A DNA stretch of 53,289 nucleotides from a virus (taxonomy: Duplodnaviria > Caudoviricetes): positions 1 to 53,289 of the IMG/VR virus record IMGVR_UViG_3300030101_004884; one strand, written 5' to 3'. The position numbers and the translations under genes are program-made. The notes beneath the pieces are model-generated. The model saw only the letters and a list, made by a program, of their open reading frames with translations, was not told the DNA's origin and searched no databases. This document shows, piece by piece, positions 44,840 to 53,256 of this stretch. The first letter of the stretch is position 1; each line of letters starts with the position of its first letter.

Positions 44840-45063
44840 CTGTTCATTACAAAATTTGAGTCGATCCATTTCTCTACCTCTTCTTTTGTCGTCATCCATG
44901 GTGATGCGCCTCGACCAACACCGAGCCTCACTGCTCGCAATTTGCCAGCCTTCATCGCGGTGATAACCTGTCTTTTGTTTAAAAACGGATATGCTGATTC
45001 AATGTCTGTTGTTGACATACCGTTTTCATGTACTTCATGTAAAAAGTCTATTTTTTCTTTCAT
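44836..45063 (-). CDS. excisionase-like HTH protein
   Basis: V..AMKAGKL.A.RLG...W.TT.EEV..WI; AGGAG RBS. Confidence 0.7.
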   Translation of the reverse strand: MKEKIDFLHEVHENGMSTTDIESAYPFLNKRQVITAMKAGKLRAVRLGVGRGASPWMTTKEEVEKWIDSNFVMNR

Positions 45064-45072
45064 CTTTTTCTC

Positions 45073-45375
45073 CTAACATTCTTCGATCTGCAAAAGATCT
45101 ATCCACCAATAAGAAAGATCACCTTCCTCATTCTCTGTCACACTCACAACCTTGTCGCCATGATTCAAATTTATCCTGGACTTGTTAACGGTCGCATCAA
45201 GACCAGTTTCATCAACAAACTTTCTCGCCACAGAATCTTTCCTGAAACAAGAGATAAAATTCGATGAATCTCGAACAACTATTTTTACGTTTTCTGGATA
45301 TATAGGAATGAGCCGTATCTGGGTTTCTTTTTGTGGCACCATATCAACCCTAAAAGAGTCAGTTAAAAATAACAT
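45073..45375 (-). CDS. hypothetical protein
   Basis: GAGAGG RBS; operon packing. Confidence 0.65.
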   Translation of the reverse strand: MLFLTDSFRVDMVPQKETQIRLIPIYPENVKIVVRDSSNFISCFRKDSVARKFVDETGLDATVNKSRINLNHGDKVVSVTENEEGDLSYWWIDLLQIEEC

Positions 45376-45703
45376 CTATCCTCTCCCCTTGAAAAAGCCA
45401 CTCTGTAGCCATCGCAGACCCTTCTGTCCACACCACGTCCACCGAGCGCCACCGAACACGAAACATGCCCAGTTCATTAGAATGCAGAACGAATTGATTG
45501 TTGGGCAGTCTCAACAAAACACCTCGCTGCATAAAATCTTCCCTGCAAAGATCGTGAACTTCAAACACGAACGCATACTTGCCGGAATCGTCTACAGAGA
45601 AAGACATTAGCTGCGCCTTCTCTGAGCCTTGAAAAAACGGCACTGGGTATTTCTCGCCCTCTGCCGCATCAGGATTTAGATAACAAAAAACCTCTGCTTG
45701 CAT
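45359..45703 (-). CDS. hypothetical protein
   Basis: Start lies 1 nt after the upstream stop. Confidence 0.6.
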   Translation of the reverse strand: MQAEVFCYLNPDAAEGEKYPVPFFQGSEKAQLMSFSVDDSGKYAFVFEVHDLCREDFMQRGVLLRLPNNQFVLHSNELGMFRVRWRSVDVVWTEGSAMATEWLFQGERIDVIFN

Positions 45704-45704
45704 A

Positions 45705-46157
45705 TTACTTACCACAAACCCAAAGCATTAAAACGTGCTGCTCTTCACTCAGGGCAACTTTTAAATTGACACCGAAAGAAGTCTTAAGAATAGGGGGGTG
45801 CTGGTAGGCAGCACAAAGCTCTCTGTGTGTCACCAGGTTGTTGTCTTTAATATATTTTTTTGCAAACTTTTCTGTCTTCATTATCCGGTCTTTTTCTCTC
45901 CACAAAAACAGGGATGCCCCATACACCTTATTTTCTTCGTCTTGAAAAATGTCTGGCGAATAAGCCCTGCAACGCCAATCCCATGACTCCTGCTTAAGTT
46001 TGGTTCCAGTAACACGCTTGGGTATGCGAAAAGACTTTATGACGATGTTTCCATCTTCGTGGTCAACATTTGTCCTCAATGCTTTGGCGACAACGTCAAC
46101 AGGGAAATCACCATATCTTTCGGCAAAAGCCATTATCTCATCAAGCATCTTACTCAT
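45705..46157 (-). CDS. hypothetical protein
   Basis: Overlapping operon arrangement. Confidence 0.65.
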   Translation of the reverse strand: MSKMLDEIMAFAERYGDFPVDVVAKALRTNVDHEDGNIVIKSFRIPKRVTGTKLKQESWDWRCRAYSPDIFQDEENKVYGASLFLWREKDRIMKTEKFAKKYIKDNNLVTHRELCAAYQHPPILKTSFGVNLKVALSEEQHVLMLWVCGK

Positions 46158-46377
46158 TTGGAATCCATCCTGCCCAGTAGCCTTTTTCGTTTTTTGTAAA
46201 ATTAAATGTTTCGTACAAGGTCATCTCAACCATGCGACCACGATGGTGACGCAACCTTGTGACGATCGCCCTAAGAAGCATAATTCTTTTACCAGCGCCC
46301 ATACAAATCTCTTTTACTGTTAAATTCATGGACGGTATTCTCATCTCGTAAATATCCGTCTTCGTTTCCTCAATCAT
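46150..46377 (-). CDS. hypothetical protein
   Basis: Operon packing; AGGGG RBS. Confidence 0.6.
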   Translation of the reverse strand: MIEETKTDIYEMRIPSMNLTVKEICMGAGKRIMLLRAIVTRLRHHRGRMVEMTLYETFNFTKNEKGYWAGWIPNE

Positions 46378-46594
46378 TAAAGTCGCCCCTTCTTAAAAAT
46401 AATGTGTCGCCACCGTCATAAGACATTATAGCCCTATCGTTATCTATGAAATAATCACACTTGCCATTCTTGATGGGAGGTGGCGTAAGGTATTGTTGCA
46501 GGTATCGAGGCTCTGTTAAATATCTGTAGCACCTGTCTCTAAGATTGCAGTTGTAACCCTTGCAAAGAGGCGTGTTGAGGTCCACAAATGTCAC
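46370..46594 (-). CDS. small Cys-rich phage protein
   Basis: CxGxxCxLRDxCYRY...CDYF pattern common in phage genomes. Confidence 0.7.
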   Translation of the reverse strand: MTFVDLNTPLCKGYNCNLRDRCYRYLTEPRYLQQYLTPPPIKNGKCDYFIDNDRAIMSYDGGDTLFLRRGDFND

Positions 46595-46854
46595 AAGTAT
46601 CTCCTCTTAAAAGACTCCAATACCTCATCGTGTATCTGCTGGCAGTGGTGAGCGTCACGACCGTTGACGATGAAATTGCCATCAGGAAAAACTGTCACAG
46701 TTCCGCCTTTGTAGTCAACCGTCCTGGTTTCACCGACCTCTAAAGCAAATTTCTTTTTTATTTCGTCGATTCTTTCTTGTGCTTGGGTGTGCATAATATG
46801 ACAGCCAATCGCCACCATAAACATGAAGCCCGAAAACCAAAAGTACCATCCCAT
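46591..46854 (-). CDS. N-terminal TM hypothetical protein
   Basis: GGGAG RBS; hydrophobic N-terminus. Confidence 0.65.
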   Translation of the reverse strand: MGWYFWFSGFMFMVAIGCHIMHTQAQERIDEIKKKFALEVGETRTVDYKGGTVTVFPDGNFIVNGRDAHHCQQIHDEVLESFKRRYL

Positions 46855-46869
46855 AGCTCTTCTCCCTTT

Positions 46870-47457
46870 TTATACTTCGTCATAAGTCATCGCCGCCCTC
46901 ATTTTTTCAAGCGCCTCTTTTTTTATTCTAGAAGCACCAGACTCGCTGATACGCATGTTTTTGCCGATGTCGGCAAGCGTATCTCCTCTGTAAAAGTGCA
47001 TCCAGATAACACTCAACTCCCTGCTCGTCAGACCAGAGAAACCAAAACTTAATAAAATTCTTGCATCCATTATGTTAAACCCTAAATCGTAAAACGGTAA
47101 ATCCTCATCAAGCTCAACAAAGGTCGTACTCATCACTCTCAGCCTCGTTTTTCCGACGCCAAGCTCTTCACATAGGCTTTCGTTGTTTACCTCAACACCT
47201 TTTTTTATCAGGTGTTCCTTTGCTTTCTTCAGCTCAATACTACCACGCGACAATGGATTTTCTTTTCTAAGGCCGTCTATAATAGCGTATTTAACTTTCC
47301 ACTCAGCATAATCATCAAAAGCCATTGTTGACTCATCCTTATATGTTTTAAGGGCTTTTTCGTAGCCCTGCCATCCGTATGAATACAGATCTTCCTTTGC
47401 TGTTTCACATGGCAGAGAAATTCTCTTTATGGCGTTGTTGATAATCTGCATCATCAT
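46870..47457 (-). CDS. RNA polymerase sigma factor, FliA/WhiG (sigma28)-like
   Basis: Region 2 EDLYSYG..G..KA..TY...F..YA..KVKYAIIDGLR; region 4 LTSRE..VI...FY...TL.DIG....ISES..SRI...AL.KMR. Confidence 0.88.
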   Translation of the reverse strand: MMMQIINNAIKRISLPCETAKEDLYSYGWQGYEKALKTYKDESTMAFDDYAEWKVKYAIIDGLRKENPLSRGSIELKKAKEHLIKKGVEVNNESLCEELGVGKTRLRVMSTTFVELDEDLPFYDLGFNIMDARILLSFGFSGLTSRELSVIWMHFYRGDTLADIGKNMRISESGASRIKKEALEKMRAAMTYDEV

Positions 47458-47654
47458 AGTTCAGATCTCTCTACGTATGACTTCGCAGAAGCAGATGAGT
47501 GAAAGCTTTGAACAACAAGCCAGTCCTTTCCTGTTTTGCGGTACAGGGTATGCCCGTTGCTGGTTTGATATATTCGGTAAAGCCCTTTTGTGCCGCAAGC
47601 CGCCAAACAAGGCATGTGGCCGGAAGAGCTTATATTGTACCAACTGATGCTCAT
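47454..47654 (-). CDS. hypothetical protein
   Basis: GAGGAG RBS; ATGA overlap with the sigma gene. Confidence 0.6.
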   Translation of the reverse strand: MSISWYNISSSGHMPCLAACGTKGLYRIYQTSNGHTLYRKTGKDWLVVQSFHSSASAKSYVERSEL

Positions 47655-47714
47655 GCTTTTTCTCCTCTTTTTTTCTTTTTACACAGGTCAGGCAAAAATA
47701 CAAGAAAGACTTGC

Positions 47715-47963
47715 TTACCTTACGTGTTTTCCCCAACTCTCTATTGATGTTGCCAGGTATTCTATTTCATGAAGATAAATAACAGCCATCCTGTCATCAG
47801 AAATTTTCTGGGCTTTCTTGAGACAATTTCTCATCGCCCTGGCTAAGACCTCTTGGAAGTTTTGAAAGGCTATACGCACGTTTTGATCTTCGGTTACAAA
47901 CCCGCTGTATGACTCTACGCGGTCAATAAGGCGCTGCATGCGCTGAACGTCACGCTGGTTCAT
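47715..47963 (-). CDS. hypothetical protein
   Basis: GGAGG RBS; ATGA coupling. Confidence 0.65.
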   Translation of the reverse strand: MNQRDVQRMQRLIDRVESYSGFVTEDQNVRIAFQNFQEVLARAMRNCLKKAQKISDDRMAVIYLHEIEYLATSIESWGKHVR

Positions 47964-48232
47964 GCTTCCTCCAGTATCTCACCATCGACAACAATCTTCT
48001 GGCTCAAGGGGAAATCGCTTGTGACGTGATTTTCCCAAACCAAAGATGAACATTCGTTCAAAAAGAAATGCATCCGAAGATCGTTAAAAGCAATCTCAGG
48101 GTCTTGGTTGTAATGGTTCATAAAAGAAATATATGCCTGAAGTTCTTCTTTGGCGTTTTGCCAAGCATCATCCATCGTTCTGCCTGCGCCCCACACCGAA
48201 CCGTCTCTTGCGTCATAAACTGCGTAATACAT
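47960..48232 (-). CDS. hypothetical protein
   Basis: AGGAGAGGG RBS, downstream of the promoter at 48254. Confidence 0.7.
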   Translation of the reverse strand: MYYAVYDARDGSVWGAGRTMDDAWQNAKEELQAYISFMNHYNQDPEIAFNDLRMHFFLNECSSLVWENHVTSDFPLSQKIVVDGEILEEA

Positions 48233-48253
48233 GATCCCTCTCCTTTTTTTGTT

Positions 48254-48282
48254 ATCATGGCATTAAAGACAATAAAGTACAA
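48254..48282 (-). promoter_or_regulatory. sigma70-like promoter TTGTAC-17-CATGAT with TTTATTG spacer
   Basis: 17-nt spacing and shared spacer motif. Confidence 0.5.
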
Positions 48283-48293
48283 ACATGTTTATG

Positions 48294-48323
48294 AAAAAAC
48301 TTTTAAAAGAGGGGGGTGCCCTC
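48294..48323 (-). repeat. dispersed CTTTTAAAAG/G-run element (hairpin plus T-tract on the minus strand)
   Basis: GAGGG-CACC-CCCTC-TTTTAAAAGTTTTTT. Confidence 0.75.
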
Positions 48324-48728
48324 TATGCCGCGCTCAAGGCCTTCCAGAAATTGCTCCATCTCTTGTCCATTAAGGTCATACCAGCCCTTTCGCTCGGTCA
48401 GGTTGTAGATCCAGAAATTGTTGCAGCCCTGGGTGTAGCAAACAATCCATGCTTTGCACCCAAGCGCCTTGGCAACGTGACGCGCTGTGCGGCCCTGTAC
48501 GTCCTTTTTTTCATATCGGCATATGATGGCATCCAAATACGACTGAGACGGCTCACAGTCCGCGAGGGTGATTTCTAGGACCCCCACCGGAACCAGCTCG
48601 CCATCAATAAAACGCCACTCCACAAGATCGACATCTGAAGCCAGCAAGCGGCGACCGAGGGTACGATGCCACTGCTGAAATTCTTTAGCCCTATCTTTGG
48701 TTTCAGGTCTATTTATTTGCTTTTTCAT
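48303..48728 (-). CDS. hypothetical protein, possible restriction-endonuclease-like fold
   Basis: WHR....SDVDLVEW...P.GVLE...Q......A..LG pattern. Confidence 0.65.
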   Translation of the reverse strand: MKKQINRPETKDRAKEFQQWHRTLGRRLLASDVDLVEWRFIDGELVPVGVLEITLADCEPSQSYLDAIICRYEKKDVQGRTARHVAKALGCKAWIVCYTQGCNNFWIYNLTERKGWYDLNGQEMEQFLEGLERGIEGTPLF

Positions 48729-49292
48729 CTAAAACATTATCCATCTCAAAGAGCGGCTCTTACTGTATGTTGTGGGACTACAGAATTCACCTCTAACGAC
48801 TCCCGCATCACCCCACATTTTTTTTCCCCTATATAAAAACAGGCATCCATTAGGTATTTTTTTTCTAAAATTGTCTTTTACCATTTTAAATAACTCCCTA
48901 TTGGTGCAATCAACATACATGACAGTTGCATCTTCATAATTAAAATTAAAAAGATCGGCCTGGTGAAACTCTGGCGGAAAAGCAGACATATAATTATACT
49001 TTGGCACTTCTGCTATCGCCGACAAAACTCTGTCTTCATAGTATTCAATGCCGATAGATTTCTTTATTTCACAAGACACTGCAACATGTAAAACCATCTT
49101 TCCAGCTCCTGAGCCAAGATCGTAAAAAACACACTGTTTGTCCTCAAAAAATAGTTTAAATTCATCAATAATGCACTGAACGCCCTCTTTGGTGATTTCT
49201 CCGTACAGGGATGGTGCAACTGGGGATTCGTCGTTTTTGTGAATCTTTTTTTGCCATCGTTTATTTTTGTATATTTCATCAACTTGATTCAT
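48729..49292 (-). CDS. class I SAM-dependent methyltransferase, DOT1-like
   Basis: LYGEIT, VFYDLGSGAGKMV, SIGIE and DATVMYV; start moved to MNQVD (AGGAG RBS). Confidence 0.8.
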   Translation of the reverse strand: MNQVDEIYKNKRWQKKIHKNDESPVAPSLYGEITKEGVQCIIDEFKLFFEDKQCVFYDLGSGAGKMVLHVAVSCEIKKSIGIEYYEDRVLSAIAEVPKYNYMSAFPPEFHQADLFNFNYEDATVMYVDCTNRELFKMVKDNFRKKIPNGCLFLYRGKKMWGDAGVVRGEFCSPTTYSKSRSLRWIMF

Positions 49293-49467
49293 TTGTTTTA
49301 GCACTCCTAAAAACCTCTGCATCGGTTTTATATTTAAAGTCAGCCACAGGAACGTGGTAAACATCACCTGCGGTATCCTTTAAAACTTTGTAGACCGTAT
49401 ACCCGCCAGGACCAAATGTGGCGGCTGATATTTTCGATGGACGCTGAGCTATTTCGTACTTAATCAC
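49279..49467 (-). CDS. hypothetical protein
   Basis: GTGA coupling with the upstream gene. Confidence 0.55.
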   Translation of the reverse strand: MIKYEIAQRPSKISAATFGPGGYTVYKVLKDTAGDVYHVPVADFKYKTDAEVFRSAKTNESS

Positions 49468-49859
49468 AGCACACCCACCAACCCACGGTCCTCGGCCTCT
49501 TCTGACATCGATATTGCGTTAAACACGTCGTCAGCATCTTCGATGTCGTCAAACTCACCTAAAAGCTTAATGGAAAATTCTTCATAAAGGGGGGCTATGC
49601 GGTATGCCAGCCCGTAGCGAAAAAGACCGTAGAAAATTTTACCGTCGCCAAGGCATCCGCGTTGACGCCATGTTGAAAGCAAACCAAAAAGTTCTTCATC
49701 GTCACACGGCTCAAAGGCAAAAGTCGGGATACCGTGACATCCGTAAACGACAACCCACGACAAGTCACTTGGGTCATCAATGATGTCACCATCGGGCGCA
49801 AAAAAAACGCCGTTTCTTAACTCAGCAAAGTCTAACCCCATCTTTTTTTGTCCATACAT
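49464..49859 (-). CDS. acidic hypothetical protein
   Basis: Operon packing. Confidence 0.6.
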   Translation of the reverse strand: MYGQKKMGLDFAELRNGVFFAPDGDIIDDPSDLSWVVVYGCHGIPTFAFEPCDDEELFGLLSTWRQRGCLGDGKIFYGLFRYGLAYRIAPLYEEFSIKLLGEFDDIEDADDVFNAISMSEEAEDRGLVGVL

Positions 49860-50677
49860 TTTTTTATTTTATCTAATATGCCGTCCTTTTTTTCCGTCAT
49901 ACCTTCTACGTGGTCAACGGCAGACCACACCTCGTACTGCCTGCCCCATGCATCAAAGGGGAAGTTACAGTGCCCACGTCGGCCCCACTTGTCTCCCCAT
50001 GAATTTCTTATGATAAAGCCATGAAGGTCCCAGCCGATAACGGTCATCGCGTGACCGCCAATCTTAACGTAGTCATCTTTCTTTTGCCACATATCGTTAT
50101 CTACGCGATACGACGGTTTTCCAGAAGATGTGCGAGATACGATTTTCCCATAAACTGGCACCGAAATTAAGCATGGGCCATGAAGGTAAATTGCGTTTTT
50201 CAAATCATACACTGTTAACACTTGCGCGTAGTTTGCGATCCTGTAAACCTTCGCCTCATCCTTTATGAAACCTTTTATTTTTTTTAGCCCTCTTGGGGGG
50301 ATGTCATTTCCAGCCCTATAGGGATAAGTAGCTTCAAGGCATACGCCATGTTGATGTAAAAATTTCATGGCGTTTCGGCAATTCATGCCGCGCTTGTTCT
50401 TTGGCCTACAGTCATAAATAAACTGTGGTGAAAGATATCCATCAAGTAATACATCTTTTTGGTTATTATGTTCCTGGATGGCTGCCAAGGTTTGAGCCAC
50501 GCAAGACCCCTGTGGCCCCTGGTTACGCACAGGAAACATATCTTTTTTAAGAGAAAAAGTTTTTGGAAGAGGGGGGTGTGACGTACACACCTGATCGAAA
50601 AGTAAGTCCCGCTCATCATGAGGGGACTTCTCCATGCATAACGCATCGGAATTTGTTATTTGTGTCATTTTTTGCAC
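49832..50677 (-). CDS. papain-family (C1) cysteine protease
   Basis: PVRNQG..GSC, LSPQFIY, GGHA and IRNSWG.KWG..G (Q, C, H and N catalytic residues). Confidence 0.92.
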   Translation of the reverse strand: MQKMTQITNSDALCMEKSPHDERDLLFDQVCTSHPPLPKTFSLKKDMFPVRNQGPQGSCVAQTLAAIQEHNNQKDVLLDGYLSPQFIYDCRPKNKRGMNCRNAMKFLHQHGVCLEATYPYRAGNDIPPRGLKKIKGFIKDEAKVYRIANYAQVLTVYDLKNAIYLHGPCLISVPVYGKIVSRTSSGKPSYRVDNDMWQKKDDYVKIGGHAMTVIGWDLHGFIIRNSWGDKWGRRGHCNFPFDAWGRQYEVWSAVDHVEGMTEKKDGILDKIKKCMDKKRWG

Positions 50678-50772
50678 CTAAAAACATGTTAATAAATAAT
50701 GTTTTTAGCATATTTTTGATCAAGCATCTATATGTAAGGCTTTATGCTTGGAAAACATGCCATCGCGAGTCG

Positions 50773-51066
50773 TTAAACGACCCTCGAAAGCCATGTTTTA
50801 AATTCATCCACAAGGTGACGTGAATGCATGTGACATCCGACACGCATAACTCCCCATCGGCGGTAGCAGTTAAAAACCTTGGACTCATCGCCATCTACGA
50901 CAAATGTCCAACTTTCATCATCATAGCCCTTGTCGATTTCCATCGGGAAGCCAGGGCCTGCCTCAAATGATTCGACGATTAATTTTTGGCTTTCGTCTAA
51001 AACCCCTGCAAGGCTTGTGTTGTCAATGCTCGCGCTGTTATCAAGTTTAAAATTGGTCATTTTCAT
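50773..51066 (-). CDS. hypothetical protein
   Basis: ATGA coupling; GGAAGG RBS. Confidence 0.65.
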   Translation of the reverse strand: MKMTNFKLDNSASIDNTSLAGVLDESQKLIVESFEAGPGFPMEIDKGYDDESWTFVVDGDESKVFNCYRRWGVMRVGCHMHSRHLVDEFKTWLSRVV

Positions 51067-51443
51067 ACCTTCCCATCTGAAAAACTTTTAAAAGAGGGGG
51101 TGCCCCTCATATCGTTAACAACATTATCAATAGCTTTTGTTATCTCTTTTTCATCCCTGTCAGACGCTTGGATAAATGGACCCAATACCTCTTGCACCGT
51201 AAGGCCCTCAAGCGCATCGCTAATTTCCTCAAGGTACATTTTCGCAATAAAAATTAATGCTTCATATTTTGCAAAAGATTTACCGTCACCATCAAAACGT
51301 CTAGAAAGTCTTTTCATATGCTCGCCACGTTCAGGCTTACTTACGATCACGCTAACCCTGTCAAGATTGCCAACGATGGCTGTAGAAACAATAAAACCCG
51401 CATGGGCGAAAGCTTTTTCGAGTACCTTAATTTCTTTTTTCAT
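51063..51443 (-). CDS. hypothetical protein
   Basis: TAATG coupling; GAGGTG RBS. Confidence 0.65.
   Translation of the reverse strand: MKKEIKVLEKAFAHAGFIVSTAIVGNLDRVSVIVSKPERGEHMKRLSRRFDGDGKSFAKYEALIFIAKMYLEEISDALEGLTVQEVLGPFIQASDRDEKEITKAIDNVVNDMRGTPSFKSFSDGKV
51080..51108 (-). repeat. dispersed CTTTTAAAAG/G-run element, inside a coding 3' end
   Basis: GAGGGG-CAC-CCCCTC-TTTTAAAAGTTTTT. Confidence 0.75.
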
Positions 51444-51706
51444 TATAACTTCACCTCGTTTGATAGAGCGGTGATAAATTCACGCACTTCTTTTTTTGTT
51501 TTTTTGATTTCATAACCTGCAAGTCTAAACTTTTCTACAAAATGCGTCCCACAGTCCTCACAGTGAGCTTCATGCTCAATCCATGTGTCGCATGCCCTAT
51601 CGGGCTGCTGGGTGTTGTAAACGCAATCCTGGCCACCACACGCGGGACAGGTAAGCTTGCCTCTTAAGGCCATTTCTTTGTAGGTTTTTTGTGATAGTTT
51701 TTTCAT
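51443..51706 (-). CDS. Zn-ribbon protein, paralog of 448..744
   Basis: MKKLSQKTY...CPACG...CEDCGTHF; AAGGAGG RBS. Confidence 0.8.
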   Translation of the reverse strand: MKKLSQKTYKEMALRGKLTCPACGGQDCVYNTQQPDRACDTWIEHEAHCEDCGTHFVEKFRLAGYEIKKTKKEVREFITALSNEVKL

Positions 51707-51724
51707 GATGTTTTTTTCCTCCTT

Positions 51725-52099
51725 CTATCCCCTTGTTTGCGCCTCTACGATGCCAGCAAATTGCCATTGCGCTTCATCTAAACTGCAAAGCTGAAGATCC
51801 CAAATTAAATCAGTCATGATTTCTTCGTCAAAATCTGGAAAGCATTCTTTTGCTTCTTTAAGGCGATTTTCCCGCATATTTTCAACACATAAAAGCCAGT
51901 TATCACCTAAAAATTCACCTTGTGAATCAAATGCCGCATCAAAGGCATCATCCTGTGTAAATGGTCTAAGCAATCCCTCTTGTTTAAGTAAAATAACTTC
52001 CCAAGCTTCTCCGAGTTTTTTCTTGTCTCCATTGTGGTGTAAAATCTCATCTGCATCGATTTCTGAAAAAATATCTAAAAGTTTTTTAATGTTAGTCAT
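51725..52099 (-). CDS. acidic hypothetical protein
   Basis: Downstream of the promoter at 52124; AAGGGA RBS. Confidence 0.7.
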   Translation of the reverse strand: MTNIKKLLDIFSEIDADEILHHNGDKKKLGEAWEVILLKQEGLLRPFTQDDAFDAAFDSQGEFLGDNWLLCVENMRENRLKEAKECFPDFDEEIMTDLIWDLQLCSLDEAQWQFAGIVEAQTRG

Positions 52100-52123
52100 G
52101 ATGTGATCCCTTTCTTTTTTTTA

Positions 52124-52152
52124 ATCTTAAACCATAAAAACAATAAAAGCAA
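52124..52152 (-). promoter_or_regulatory. sigma70-like promoter TTGCTT-17-TAAGAT with TTATTG spacer
   Basis: Good consensus, intergenic position. Confidence 0.65.
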
Positions 52153-52161
52153 CAATAGGTC

Positions 52162-52190
52162 AAAAAAATCTTTTAAAAGGGGGGGCTACC
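52162..52190 (-). repeat. dispersed CTTTTAAAAG/G-run element
   Basis: AAAAAAATCTTTTAAAAGGGGGGGCTACCC on the + strand. Confidence 0.7.
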
Positions 52191-52437
52191 CTGATTTTTC
52201 CATCATTAAAGTTATCTCTTTTCTTTCCTCGTCCGACACTGGCGCTGTCACACATGCTTCCTCACGGTAACCATTCCATATTTTTTCGGCCACAAAAACA
52301 ATCTCGCGAACCTCTTGGGCAGAAAATTTGACCCCTTCGTCACGCTGAAATTCAGCTAAAATTTTATTAGCGTTATAATCAGAGTTAAATAGACGTGCGT
52401 TAACAAGATAACTAGCAGCTTCGTTTTTAATCATCAT
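52186..52437 (-). CDS. hypothetical protein
   Basis: Start moved to MMIKNE, overlapping the upstream small ORF. Confidence 0.6.
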   Translation of the reverse strand: MMIKNEAASYLVNARLFNSDYNANKILAEFQRDEGVKFSAQEVREIVFVAEKIWNGYREEACVTAPVSDEERKEITLMMEKSG

Positions 52438-52594
52438 TTTCATCATCCTTTTTTGCTTTTTCATTTTTCCAATTCTCAACAGCGTTTTTTTCACCGTTAA
52501 TAATACGCTCTAACAGCTCTTGACCACCCTGCTCCCATAAGATCAATGCGTCACCTAATGCTTTTCTCATTCGCTCATCTTCTTTTTTCTTCAT
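52427..52594 (-). CDS. 55-aa hypothetical protein MKKKEDERMRKALGDAL... (not in ORF track)
   Basis: GGGAG RBS; fills the gap between 52604 and 52437. Confidence 0.55.
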   Translation of the reverse strand: MKKKEDERMRKALGDALILWEQGGQELLERIINGEKNAVENWKNEKAKKDDENDD

Positions 52595-52603
52595 TGTTGC
52601 TCC

Positions 52604-52969
52604 CTACCTATAAAACGATTGTTTTTTATTTATCTGACACTTATTTTCATGTGATACCCCTTCCGTTAATTCCACATAACCCATGCCTTTTGATATATTT
52701 TCATACTCTAAATCGGGATATTCATCGAAAATTTCCCTGTAGGCTTTCTCGTGCTGAATCTTTCTATGTTGATCCAGCAAAGCAATGCGTTCTCGCGTAC
52801 CGTAAGGGTATTTTGCGGTACATAAATCTAAGCCTAGTGTGCCTACCCTGCCATAAGGTTTACCATCAATGTGCATGACTGTGCTGTGTTGTGGGCGCTG
52901 TGGCTCCCAAGCGGTAAAAACAATACGCCGTGTGCCGATAATGTATCTTCGAGTAATGATATTTTTCAT
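52604..52969 (-). CDS. hypothetical protein
   Basis: GAGGTG RBS; ATGA coupling. Confidence 0.65.
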   Translation of the reverse strand: MKNIITRRYIIGTRRIVFTAWEPQRPQHSTVMHIDGKPYGRVGTLGLDLCTAKYPYGTRERIALLDQHRKIQHEKAYREIFDEYPDLEYENISKGMGYVELTEGVSHENKCQINKKQSFYR

Positions 52970-53256
52970 GATGCCACCTCATACCTTGTGAACCACACAT
53001 ATTTAACGTCTTGACCCTGGAATTTGCTGTCTTTGATTTCCTGGATAAATTCGACAAAATTTTCACCTTTTGAGAAAACCGCGCTTTTTTTCCAATAAGC
53101 CCCTTTTGCTTTTTTTATCGTTTCACTTTTTGTGCGTTTTTTTTCCAGATCTACTTTTGAGAATAAAACATTATTTTTAGCGTCAATATATCCGCTACTA
53201 AATACGGTTTTTACGTTTTTACCCTTGTTTAATACGTTCTCCAGTGCCTTAATCAT
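52966..53256 (-). CDS. basic hypothetical protein
   Basis: AGGGG RBS; coupled to the 63..149 peptide across the junction. Confidence 0.65.
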   Translation of the reverse strand: MIKALENVLNKGKNVKTVFSSGYIDAKNNVLFSKVDLEKKRTKSETIKKAKGAYWKKSAVFSKGENFVEFIQEIKDSKFQGQDVKYVWFTRYEVAS

